A stretch of DNA of 64,000 nucleotides from Perna viridis (Eukaryota), in contig CM074513.1 of assembly GCA_037379345.1 (NCBI GenBank), positions 49,331,195 through 49,395,194 on the forward strand, in the 5' to 3' direction. Below, in pieces: positions 9,096 through 21,665 of this stretch (position 1 is the stretch's first letter; each line of letters begins with the position of its first letter). The translations under genes were made by a program, and so were the position numbers. The notes beneath the pieces were generated by a model. That model was not told where the DNA came from. It did no database searches and was given only the letters and a program-made list of their open reading frames with translations.

Positions 9096-9320
9096 TGGAG
9101 AAAGGGTTTAACAGGAGGCTAAATTGCCCGACCCTACCCACCTCTCCCTATTTCCAGTGGCAATCAAAATTTGTCGACCCCATTGTCCTTGTGTCCCATC
9201 CCTTTTTCATTTCATCATCATTTCATGTTCATTTTATCATCAATTTCATGTTCATCGTCTGAATATAGCTGAAATATTGCTGCTCGGACGTTAAACCCCA
9301 ACAAACAAAACAAACAAACA
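9096..9320 (+). mobile_element. 3' fragment of a SINE (same family as 37131-37623)
   Basis: Shares AGGAGGCTAAATTGCCCGACC..TTTCATGTTCATCGTCTGAATATA..GAAATATTGCTGCTCGGACGTTAAACCC with 37445-37600; (AAAC)n tail. Confidence 0.85.
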
Positions 9321-10319
9321 TTTATTTATGACGTTATGTCTATGACGTAATTGTAAAAGTGCTCGTTGTGGTTGAGTTAGCGTAAAAAAATGTCAGGAAT
9401 TTGGCTTCAGGAGTGTTCCCACCAGAAGAAAGAAATGTACGACGCCTGGATGCTAATCCTTGACCAAAACACATGCCTCAAGTTCGGGCTAAGCCAATCG
9501 CTTATTTTATGTTGATGTTTACACTTAATCTAATGAAGAAATGTGTTAAAGAAACTAATAGGTACGTTTACATATTGATGACCTTTTAGTAAATAAATAT
9601 TTTGGGAATTGATAGTACTCAAGTAGGCTTTAAATCTCATTCCAGTCGCAAGATGGACAAATGGACCTTGGTCCCAGCTACCGACTTTTAAGTTGGTGAA
9701 GAAATAACAGGTTTTTTTTTTATATATAATTTTTGTAAGTGTTTAAATCGAACTCGATCATTATTATTTCTTTTAGGTTTTCCGAAAGAGATTGAAATCA
9801 TATTGTCGTCTATATAGGCAAATAGTACCGTTTTATCAGCTACCAATGCCCGTTGTTCTTTTCTATATATTCATCCGGATAAGACAGTCTTTCACTGTCG
9901 GTTTCTCAAGTTTTCTACAAATGCTTAGACGCATACATTTAACAAGCCATTTAATAGAAATAGATTAAAAATAGTAATCAGTTTGGTTACAAATTGCCTA
10001 ATATCCACTTCACATACATACGTATTTTCTTACGAAACCTTGTGAGTATCGATTCGTAGTCATTCCCAAGCTTTCGTATTCAATTATCCGTATAAGCTGG
10101 GAACCAATCGTAACGATACGTACAATGTATTCCTGCCATAATAATCTTTCTAAAACTCTTATACATTCCTAAATCGCAATGAAACGTAAACTGTAATTAT
10201 CGAAAATAGGCTGCATTCATTCTAAGTATATTTCAAAAGTGATAGTTGTATTCGTAACCAATCGTAAACAGTCGCATATCACTCTCACAAGTCACTCACA
10301 AGAGTGGCTTTTTCGGAGA

Positions 10320-10960
10320 ACTCATTTTCTGTGTTAGAGGGTGCCGGTTAGACAAGGTAGTGTTTTGTCAGTTTTTTTGGTATTTATTAATGATTTAATT
10401 TGTAACATTGAGAATCACAGTAAGAACATAGACATTTTTAACATTGTAAGTTCATCACCTTCTGTAGCTAATGATATATCATGTGTGGCAACTACCCCTA
10501 TTTCGCTCCAACGTATACTCAATATTTGTTTCAAATATTCGAAAACATGGAGATTCCGATTTAATGCGAGCAAATGTCACATAATTCAGTTTTAAAAGAT
10601 CACGAAAGAACGTAGTGACCAGTTTGTTTGGCGAATGGGTGACGAAATAATTTCAGTGGTCGATGAGTATACTCACTTAAGCGTAAAACTAAATTCTCGT
10701 TTAAAATCAAAGAAGAGAACTGAAGATGCTTGCAGGAAAGGAAAAATACTTTCTATTCATTAAAAGGTGTAATGTCAAGTTCGACACATCCATACGTCAT
10801 AATTAAACTTTATGAAACTATAATCCTACCGAGTGTATCTTAAATAGATTTCAACATATCATTATTAAATATATTTTGGATTTACACTCATCCACAAGAT
10901 CCGATATGTGTGAAAGTATCATTGGACTGCATCCGATCGTCAGTTGCATTCACAAAAAAA
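10320..10960 (+). mobile_element. Decayed L2/CR1-group LINE RT fragment
   Basis: VRQGSVLS..FINDL..SPSVANDISC..LQRILNIC..WRFRFNASKC. Same family as 46577-49735. Confidence 0.8.
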
Positions 10961-13900
10961 CTTTCTACTACGTTGAATTCATGAAGTTGTGCCACACACA
11001 CGTTGTTAAAACTATTGCCGATTCGATCCCACACATGAGAGAGATATAATGTTTTTTTCTCTTATTATTGATTGCATGCATTTTTAATCATTTTCCATTG
11101 TAGACTAGAAAATGTTGACACAAATTAGCCATTATTTCTTACGCAGTAAACAAACATGGTTATTTGGGTCGTCAAATATTCGTACGCTGTTGCTTGTATG
11201 TAACGCGAGGACATAGAAACTAGCGATAATTTTCATTCTCACTCGACTGGCGTGACATTGAAAATTATCGTATAGCTAGATCAAAGGGATTTTATTTAAA
11301 CAAAATAGCAATAACAAAAGATCTCTAATGTTTGCATTTTATAGAATATTTCACCCTTCTACATGATAATGCTTCTATATTTTTGTAGGATTTCCTTTAT
11401 TTTGTTGGGTATCATAAGATGTGGAAAATTAAAAATGTTTTCTCTTACATCAAACTGACATTTAACATTAACCGATCGTCTGATTTTCCCATAAAAATAC
11501 AATCAACTATTATCTTATAACAAACCCAACCGATGCACAATAGTGTACTCTCGGTAATCTCGATATACATAATCACTGTATGTACTGAGTGGAGACTGTC
11601 GTGTTAACGCTTGAGCTCTTTTTTTATTTTGTTTGTTTGTTTGTTTTTGGGGGGTGTTTGTTGGTGTTGTAATATTACACAACACATTAAGTATCACTTA
11701 GGAAACACGTCGCCTTACATAATGAAAGAGAGTGTGGTTTTTTTTCGAGAGTGAAAGGGAAAAAAAATGGACAATTATGCCAACGACGAGATAAAACTCT
11801 TTCATATGCTTTACACTGGTATATACATATACCTACAATACTACAAAAGAAAGCATAAACAATTCAACACATGTGCAGTTGAGGTATGCGAGTTTTCTGT
11901 TGGTTTGATGGCAGCTAAGAAACGTCATAGGAATATGATATCTACACATAGTTAATGAATTTTTAATACCTCATCATTGAATAAGAAAGTTTGAAAATAT
12001 CATATTTTAGTAAAAAGTGGAAATATTTTTTTATTTATTTATTAAGAAAATAATGATAGTTTTATATTTATTATTATAAAAGATGCATACTGTGTTTTGT
12101 TTGTGTTTTTAACTTTTAAAATAATAAAGGATATCCATAATGCTAATTTAATAAGTATTCACATTTGAACTTATTTTCGAATATGTTAAGCACAAACCAT
12201 GTGATGTGAAGGTTTACAACTTTGTTATAAAACTATCATTATCTTCCATACTAAGTTTTTACTCTGTTATTGTACTTTCTTCATCTACTTATCATATGAA
12301 AAACTTAGCAATATTTTGTTTACAATAAATAATAAAGAGTAAAGGAGCATCGACATATTTAATTTCTGTAATAGTTATTAATCTTTGCAGACCACTAAGT
12401 CACCTGTGAAATATACAGGTATTTTTTTCATAAGCTATTTAGAATTAGATTATAGAAAGTTAGCATCTGTATAAACAAAGTAACTTGGTAAGTTTTATAG
12501 TTGTACGAAATAGATAGTTTGAGTCTTTATTTGATTCGATTATTTTTTTTAATACTTAAATTTAAAATTCATCTATATATGTAATAGTTGTTCGTTTGTT
12601 GTGTCTTATTTTTTCCTGGTATTTAATTGTGATACCTGGTTTAATAAGAAATGTCAGGCGTCCAAAGTTTCCATTATTTCTCCGGGTTAAAATGCCCAAT
12701 GTAATTAACAGGCTCACTCTACCGTCTAAGCTTTTTTTTTAATTCGACATCGACTTCCATTTTACATAACCAATAACCTGTGGTAGGTATTGTCTTAATA
12801 TGAGTGAAGCAGTGAGTCCATAAGATTGATTGGTTACACTGGGGTGATACGATATGAGTAAGAAGGTAATATTTTTCTTGATTCTTGTAAGATGGTTTCA
12901 ACATATCCATAACTGATGAAGGATTGTTTCGAAATAACCTGGTTTGCAGCAGTTAACACTTATATTTAGCAGTTAATTAAAGTGTAAACTACACAAAAAG
13001 CCTAAACCATATTACCTGATAAAAAAATACAAGAAACAATCCTTATAATTACAGTTCAGACTCTTTGTTGAATCGTAGAGTAAGGCCCAGTTGACGTCGG
13101 TTATGCATAATTTGGATACTTAAAGAACCTTCCAATCAGAAAGCTTATTACCAAGCAAACGAAATGTTGAAGGTGATTATATATCTGCATTTATCATGTT
13201 GACATTACTTTTAAGTACATCTCCGTCTCAAAATCAGGCAAAATGTGGCACATGAAGAAAACGCAGATTTTTTTTGCATTTTCCAAGTATTTATACCTTG
13301 TAACATACAGAAAGAAACGATGGAAGTATTTGTAAAATTTGCCCTTTGAAGATATTGATAGGTCAAATTTGATTAAAATGTGCTACGGAAAATGGCGGGA
13401 AACTTATTTTTAAGTCGTCAAAAATTATCTATGTCATAGATACTTCATTATAAATTCAAGTAGCAGTTCGGTGTTTTCTAGATGTATTGAATATATTTGA
13501 GGCAAAGTAAAGAACAATTTCAGAAAAATGACGTGCCCCTCGTGACCGGCGCATTTTCGCTATCGTGATCCGTTTTTCTACAGATTTATTTTTTTCGTGA
13601 TTCGTGATGAAAGCATTGTTCGTGAATCGTTTTCATTGTAGTTTTCTGTTCGTTCTTCTTGATTGGGACATATATTTAGTTCTCGTGATTTTTTTCCATT
13701 ACGGAAATAAAGAGTTCCATTGAGTTGTCTTTCTTGGCTTAAAAAGTTGAAGTGGCGATTTAATTTAGAACATGGGAGAACTCAACACGTAAACAAATAA
13801 TGATCCAGTAGTGTATTTGATTGTAGCTTAATTGAACCAATCTACAACACAAACAACCAGCTTCGGAATCTCTAATATCGAGATTGATTGGGGATACTCT

Positions 13901-14104
13901 TTTTATATTTTCGTGATCCGTGATCATGGTAATTTATTTTCTGTGAATCGTGATTGACAAAACAATCAACTCGTGAATCGTGATGAGACCCCCACCCCAA
14001 TCAGGCCCCTCATTGCCTGATAACCACACAGAAAGGTACTTTAAAGATATCGACAGTCTCTCTTGGCGATATTTCCGTTGTAGATCACCTTTCTACACAC
14101 TTTG

Positions 14105-14505
14105 ATAGGCTTCTGGAACAGGGTTATGTTGCTACAAGATTGAAGTCATCACTACAGGAGATTTATGGTCGTCACCATGAACTTGTGGATCGTTATGGTG
14201 TATCCATCTGCACCATGAAAACTGATTTATTCAACGGGTCATAGTTTCCTTTCCTCGTTTGTTTACCCCGTACTTGACTTTTTATGAGCAACTCGGCGGG
14301 TGTTTCTAGAAAAAGCACAGGACGCTTACCCTACCGGTGCACCTGGTCCATGATCCCAGTTTTTAGTGGAGTCCGAGTTGCTCATTTGCTTTTGTTAATT
14401 TGTATGTATGATTTTAGTTCCTTTATGTTCTTTGTTGTGTATGTCTGTTTTCCATGTCTGGTCTTTGTCCCTGGATTACATTATTTTGATTACCGCTATA
14501 ACCTT
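14105..14505 (+). mobile_element. Penelope-like retroelement 3' fragment
   Basis: RLLEQGYVATRLKSSL..YGRHHELVDRYG plus a 3' UTR near-identical to 54600-55000. Confidence 0.8.
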
Positions 14506-14519
14506 TCAAAGTAACAAAC

Positions 14520-16160
14520 AAGACATAACGACCGAGACAGTTGCTTAATGACTTAAAGAACATTTTCTTGAACTCTGCTGCAGAAACTTTTGAGACTCGT
14601 GTTATCAAAAATACGAAAAATGAAAATCTGATAGAAAACAAAACAAATAAGCCTTGGTTTGATTATGAATGTAAGAATTTTTATCAAGCTAAAAGAAAGT
14701 TAAAATCAAAGCCTACGATGCAAAATAAAACACTCATGTTAGGAACAGAAAAGCAATATAAAAATATAGTAGACAATAAGTATAAATCATTTTGTAAAAA
14801 GTTGTCTGACGAACTACATGGTGCATTAAATGATAATCCGAACAAATTTTGGAAAATGCTTGGATCGCAAAAAAGAAGGAAACAACCAAATATTGAACTT
14901 GAACAGCTATTTGACTTTTTAAAAAACTTGAATTTTAACTCTATAAATAGTGAAAATGTGGATGAGCTACATATTGAAAACCCTACACTGAACGCTATCA
15001 AATAAATGGTCCAATTTCAAGGGATGAAATACGAAAATGTGTATTGAATTAAAAAAAAACGATAAGGCGTGTGGAGACGATAATATTATAAATGAATATA
15101 TTAAAAATTCGTTAGACAAATTCTTAGATATCTACAAGAAATTATTCAATATAATACATGTATTTAACACCGGTGTAATACCGAGCAGCTGGTTAAGTGG
15201 AATGGTAAAACCAATATATAAAAATAAAGGAGACTTGAATTAGCCATAAAACTATTGAACAATTACTATCGTAAGTTGTCTCGGAAAATTGTTCACAGCT
15301 ACATTTAGTAAAAGATTAAATAGTTATTCAGACGAATTTGATATTTTAAAAGAAAACCAATCCGGCTTCAGAGAAAATATTCTACTCTCGACAACATATA
15401 TAATATATATACATTGTTTCAAGTTTTGAAAAATAAGAAGAAAAAACTATATTGCGCGTTTATAGACTTCAAAAAAGCTTTTGATACAGTATGGCGCGAC
15501 GGTTTATTTCACAAACTACTTCAAAATAATATCAATGGTAAGATGTATAATGTTATCCATAATATGTATGATAACATTAAATCATGTATTTCCCACAATA
15601 ATTCAAAATCTGACTTTTTCAAATGCGAAATGGGTGTCAGACAGGGAGAAAATCTTCTCCTTTTCTATTTTCAATTTTTCTGAAGACTTTTTCGTGTCGC
15701 GGAAAAGGAACCTAAAATTTTTTAAGTTATTTTTGCTTTTATACGCTGACGATACGGCCCTCTTGTCTGACTCCTCAAAAGACTTGCAAAAAAGCTTAAC
15801 GCATTCGGTGTATATTGTGATATGTGGAAATTAAAAGTAAAAATCGATAAACAAAAATAATGATTTTCGGACTTGGAAGAATTAACCCAAATGAAGAATA
15901 TTCTTTTAAAAGGATCGGAAATCGACATAGTAAACGAATTTGAATATCTCGGAATTACTTTCACCAGGACATGCACTTTTGATTTAACAAAAAAAAAAAA
16001 AAAAACGTCTAGCCGATAAAGCTTACAGAGCAATGTATGAAGTATTAAAAATTGGACATTTATGTAGGCTTTCAGTTAAACTACAATTGGAGCTATTTGA
16101 TAATATGATTAAACCAGTACTGTTATATGGATGTGAAATTTGGGTCTTTGGAAAAAATTG
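14520..16160 (+). mobile_element. CR1/L2-group LINE ORF2 (5' part), decayed
   Basis: KPWFD..C; KACGDDNIINEYIK; LYCAFIDFKKAFDTVWR; GVRQGENL; LLYADD; KPVLLYGCEIW. Confidence 0.88.
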
Positions 16161-16164
16161 AATT

Positions 16165-19100
16165 TATTAGTAAATTGTTTTTTAGCACAATGTTTGAATT
16201 TGTCGCGCATGCTTTGGGTTTTTTCGCTAGGCCTCCATACGATCCCGCAGTCTCGTTTTGACGAGCCGCGCTGCTAGTGCAAAAATATGCTAATGGCGAC
16301 ACACTGTTTTTGTCAGCTTTGAAAGTAATATGACGAATGGAGCCGATACTCCGGGTAAACTCAAAGACCTGATAGAAGGGTTAAGACGAGGAAAGGGCAG
16401 AAGACCCGATTTAGACGACGGTGCAAATGCGGCTGACGAATCAGCCGAGCAAAATGATGTCGACCTACAACCCGAAAGCCCCAAATCAGACGGTGCACAC
16501 GATGCTGTTGAAGAACTGCAGGATCTAGAAAAACAGTTGAGGGATCTCAGACTTGAAAGGAAGAAAGCACATTTACGCCTGCAAATTAAACAAGAAAAAG
16601 ACAGTTTGCGGACTTTGCAAGCCTCGACGATGAATTCCGGAATGCATTCGCTCAAGACAGGACCAACGATGTCATCTTCACAGTTTCCTTCAAATACAGG
16701 TGAGCCTATTAGCTTATTAGTTACTTCCAAAGAACAAAAAGTGCTTCAGATTTTGTCATTCATCTAGCCAGAGCCCGTTGAACAATTTGAAACGTTTACT
16801 TTGGGCGGTGAAGTTGAGTTTCGCATAGGCAAAAAGAAATCTTTGGATAAGGTTACAATAGAGGAGTGGGGCTACGCGAACATTAAAATCATGCAGGAAT
16901 TGGTGAAACAAATGCGGCTTAACGGATATTAATGGTTCCCTCAACTATACCGCCGATGTCTATCGCTTAGCCGCCCGGAATGTATAGTATTCAGTTTTGC
17001 TATACGACAAAGAATATCGTCAAAAGCAGGCCGATGAGTTATTCGAATGGGGAACATATAGACAAGATTTGCGTGACTTTCAGTTAGTGTCTATAGCATT
17101 CGTAGAAGCTTTTAAAGTCGCCATTAAGGGTAGAAATCAGAAACAGATTACTGATGATCGGTGGAAAGGTCCGTTTCTGTCCGATGGACGCGAGATCTGT
17201 CGAAGCTTCAATTACAATTCATGTTATCGTGTAGATTGCAAAATGATGCATAATTGTGCAGTTTGTTTTTCTAGTGCTCACTCTGCGTTAAATGGTCACA
17301 ATCAACCAATGACGAGACCAAAAAACCAGGAAGTGCCTAAAAATCGGGACTAGTTGTGGAGCCGAAGGCGACATCCGCGATTAACACCCTGCATTTCGAG
17401 GCTTGGTGTCGCCTATTACCTATGGAAACAGAGGACCGAGAATTCATTTTAGATGGAGTAAAAAATGGCTTTCGTTTATGTACAAAATTTGGCCTGCATT
17501 ATCCAACCAATCGTGAAAATTATGCATCAACATTTAAAGTACGCGAAAAAGTAGAAATTCAGCTACGAAATAAGCTTGCTTTAGGAAATTATGTGATTAC
17601 TAAAAAGATTTCAACAATTGTGAGCTGACTAGGGGCTGTCCCAAAACCAAATGGTGAAATACGTTTAAGTCATGACGTTGTTCAGCCTGTAAAAATTTCC
17701 CTCAATTCTTATACAAGTGATACAAATTGTTCATATATGGATATGCGACACGCTTCAAAACTTATTAAACCAAATAGTTTTCTTGTAAAAGTTGACCTTG
17801 AAAGTGCGTATAGATCCGCTAAATATCACAAGTTAGATCATGAAAACACCGGCTTAAAATGGACCTTCACAGGTGATGATGTTCCTACTTATATGTATGA
17901 TTCTAAACTTCCATTTGGCCATTCGCGAAGCCCAAAATTTTTTCAAATGTTGAGTGGGTCAGTTTGTAAAATTATGAAATGTGTATACAATATAACATGT
18001 ATTGCTTATCTAGACGATTTTTTAATTATTTCAGAAACTATGTATGATTGTTATATGGATTTGCTTTTATTGGTTCGCACATTGAGACAATTAGGTTTTA
18101 ACATAAACTGTTCGAAGGTAGAAGGTCCAGCACAGCGAATAACTTTTTAGGCATAATAATGGATACCCGTGATTTGACACTTACCATGCCAGAGCAGAAG
18201 CAATCTGAATTTTTTAGCCTCCTGTTATCCTTTGAAAAACGCAAACGTGCAAGTGTTAAACAACTTCAGTCACTTTGCGGCAAGTTCTTGTCAAACGGTG
18301 AAAGGTGGTAGAACGTTCTTCAGACGTTTAATTGACGCTATTTCTAATGTAGAAAACCGCAGTAACAAAGTGTTATTATCTGCCGATTTTCTTGCTGACA
18401 TTTCTTGGTGGATTAAATTTATGAAGGTTTTCAGTGGCACAGTGAAATATATGGACTCGAACAAAATCATTTCGTTACAAACTGACGCGTCTTCATTAGG
18501 AGACGCTGGCTATTACAATGGAGATCTCTTTTATGTTAATTGGTCTATTGACTTGCCAGTTATTCAAAATGAACATATCAATATTAAAGAAACTGCTGCT
18601 GTCATCTTAACTGTACTTCGTTGGGGACATTTATGGACAAATAAAACTGTTATAAAGTTTACGGACAATATGACGACCAAATGTATTTTGAATAAGGGGT
18701 CGACAAAGAACAAGTGGCTGATGAGTTTACTGAGAACTTTGTTTTGGTTGTCCACTATGTATAATTTTGACATTCAGGCAAAATTTTTGAGAGGGCGTTA
18801 CAACGTTATTGCCGATGCTGCCTCGCGTTTTCACGAAGAATGTCAACTTTCGAGACTTTGTTACATTAACTAATTACAGTTACATTCCATTTACGGTACA
18901 TGAACTATTGAGACATGTTTCGTTTGCCTTTTATCTTTTTAGATGGTGCAAATATGATAGCGGACTTGGAGATAGCCGTTGGTAGATTGAAAGGAAAGAG
19001 GTGGGCTTAATCAACAGCTGGAACGTACGCCACGCACCTGCAGACGTATCTTCAGTTTTGCGACGAGTACAAACTGCAGCCGGTATCATGTGACCAGAAG

Positions 19101-19975
19101 ACTATTGAGATTTATATCGCATATTTAGTGGACAAGAAACATTTCGCATATAGTTCTATTCGCTCCTACTTGAACATTATTTCTGTTTTACATAAGATGC
19201 ACGATATACAGGATCCTATTTCTAACTCTTGGAATATACAGCACTTACTAACGGGTGTGAAAAGAGAACTAGGAACAAGTCAATCCTGCAAAGCGCCAGT
19301 TACGCCGGAACTGTTATTGAATTAAGGAACATTCTTGATTAGTCAAACCACAACAATATTGTTTTTTGGGCAGGTTGTTTGACAGGATTCTTTGGCTTTT
19401 TAAGACCAAATAATTTTCTTGTAAAGGGAACGTTTAATCCCGACCTTAATCTTCGCAGGGTTGATGTATTACCATGTAGCTGGGGCATGCTTTTACGTTT
19501 AAAAGTAGTTAAAACGCTTCAATATCGTTCAAAACCAATAGAAGTGGTATTGCCTTGTTTAAGTAATCACCCGTTATGTCCAGCTACAGCCATGTCTCAT
19601 GTATTAGCTTTAGCCGGAGATTCTCTGGACCCCCTTTTTCTCTTGTCAGATAAGTCATGTTTAACATACTGTATTTTTAAATGCCTTCCGGTTTGCTTTG
19701 CAAAATTTAAATGTAAATACCGCAAGCTATGGTGGTCATTCCTTTCGCCGTGGAGCCGCTACCTGGGGCTCAAAAGCAGGTCTCTCTGACAACGAGATTA
19801 AGTTACTAGGATATTGTTCAAGTGATTGCTTCACAAGATATATAGATAGTGATGTTATTCAACGTTTAAAAGCAGGTTCTTCCTTCTGTACCCTCTTACC
19901 CCGTTAAAATTCTTCTTCGGGTTTGGGACTTTCGAAAAAGATATTTGACCTGGGAAATAGAACTTATAAATTGTT
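16165..19975 (+). mobile_element. DIRS/Ngaro-type tyrosine-recombinase retrotransposon, near full-length, decayed, nested in a LINE
   Basis: Gag-like ORF with CCCH finger (CRSFNYNSCYRVDCKMMHNC); RT (KVDLESAYR, LPFG, YLDD); RNase H (TDAS, HINIKE, TDN, NVIADAASR); YR (FFGFLR, CPA, HSFRRGAAT, TRY). Boundaries approximate. Confidence 0.9.
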
Positions 19976-19979
19976 ACTT

Positions 19980-20610
19980 TTTATTAAATCAATTTTTGAT
20001 GAATATGGTTGTTGTTATATATAAGAGACTAATATACCACCTAGTGTATCGGCCTTGAAACATTTTATAAAACAACGACTCCATGATCAGTTTAGACAAA
20101 GTTGGAATACACTTATAATGGACTCGGCAAAGTCAATCAATTACAAATTATTTAAAAATGAATTAGAATTTTATTTTAAAAATTTTAAAGATGCTATGAC
20201 GTTTTGTAGGTTTAGAACTACCAATAATTATCTACCTGTTGAGACAGGCAGGTGGAGAAATATTCTAAGAGAAAATCGTAATTGTAATTTATGTAATTGT
20301 GAAAAATTATATTTTGGAATGTAGTGCCTTAAATGAGGAACATAAACGATTTCTCTCAAAATATTATCTTTGTAACCAAAACATACTTAAATTTTCAACT
20401 GATATCCACAAGAAAACCGGTACTGCTTGAAAAACTGTAAATTTACCAGGCTTATCAATTTATCTATATAGGGGCTTTCTTACACTGTACCATAGTCTCC
20501 TGTATACGTTATTGTAAGTATTGTATATAGCTATTGTGCTTATAGTATTGTATGTTGCATGCAGTAATCTCTGTACCAATGTATATTGGCTTTATGAGAA
20601 TAAAGATATA
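19980..20610 (+). mobile_element. 3' part of the interrupted LINE
   Basis: IKQRLHDQFRQSW..FRTTNNYLPVETGRW..RNCNLCN, then a 3' UTR ending GAGAATAAAG. Confidence 0.82.
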
Positions 20611-21665
20611 GTTCACTTGATTACTCTTTGATAAATATAATTAGTACAAATTACTGAACAATATGACCAAGTTTACAAATATCAGGGCTAGGACAAGACA
20701 AGACATTTACTATTATGTTACTATTAGGTACTAATTGAGACAAAAGTCACTGCTTACAACTCTTATACGGAATAAATTGTGTATACCAAGCTTAAAGGGA
20801 ATTTTTAGAGCAACTGCCTTGTCACGCCAATTTACATGTACTTGTAGGGTGTCTTACAAGCTCGAAATATATAAAGCGCGATTTATTTTTTTCCATCCGA
20901 TATGCACGTATTTAGCTGCTGCCTTACCAATTAGCTTTTATTTTGTTACTTTGAAATATTGAAACAAGTATGATTATTTTTGCGTAGATTTCAGCATTAT
21001 AGATAGAAGTAAATTTTTTTAAATAATGAATCAGAAATAATAATTCCTTCCGCTTTGCAGGCTGCAGTAGATTTCATGCACTTTCTAATACCTACACTTT
21101 TCCTCGCTGCCTTGTGGCAGGAATAGGATATTGTCGGCTAATTTTCACAGTGATCCAGAGACAAACAAGAAAACAAGTATTGATTTTTTAAGGATTGCAA
21201 ATTTTTCTAGATAAACATCTCTTGTGTCATTTTGTTAAGGGTTTTAAATATGTTTGCTTGCCTTTATGTTCAGTGTTCTTAATTTTTTGCTTTTCTTCTG
21301 GGTTCTATTTTTTTTTCTAGATAAAACATTATCTTATGTGTCGTTTTGTACAAAATTCTAAATCCTTCCAAAATTTTTTTTATCTTTAATGATGTTTGGT
21401 TTTTTGTTCTAAATCTCTAGACTAAAATTAGTTCTGTTGTTGTTGTTTATATTCGCAAATTCTTAAACATAAACTAATGATATAGAAAGACTTTTCGATA
21501 GAATTAAAGTGGATAGAAAATTGTAGCAATGTTTCGTCAAATAACAGCACAATTCTGTTTTAAATTGACATCTTTTGACATATAAAAAATCATTTCAATG
21601 GTGATATAGTACTGACAGTTGTGTATCACAGCGCTCGCCCGAGTATCAACTCTGATGATAACAAA

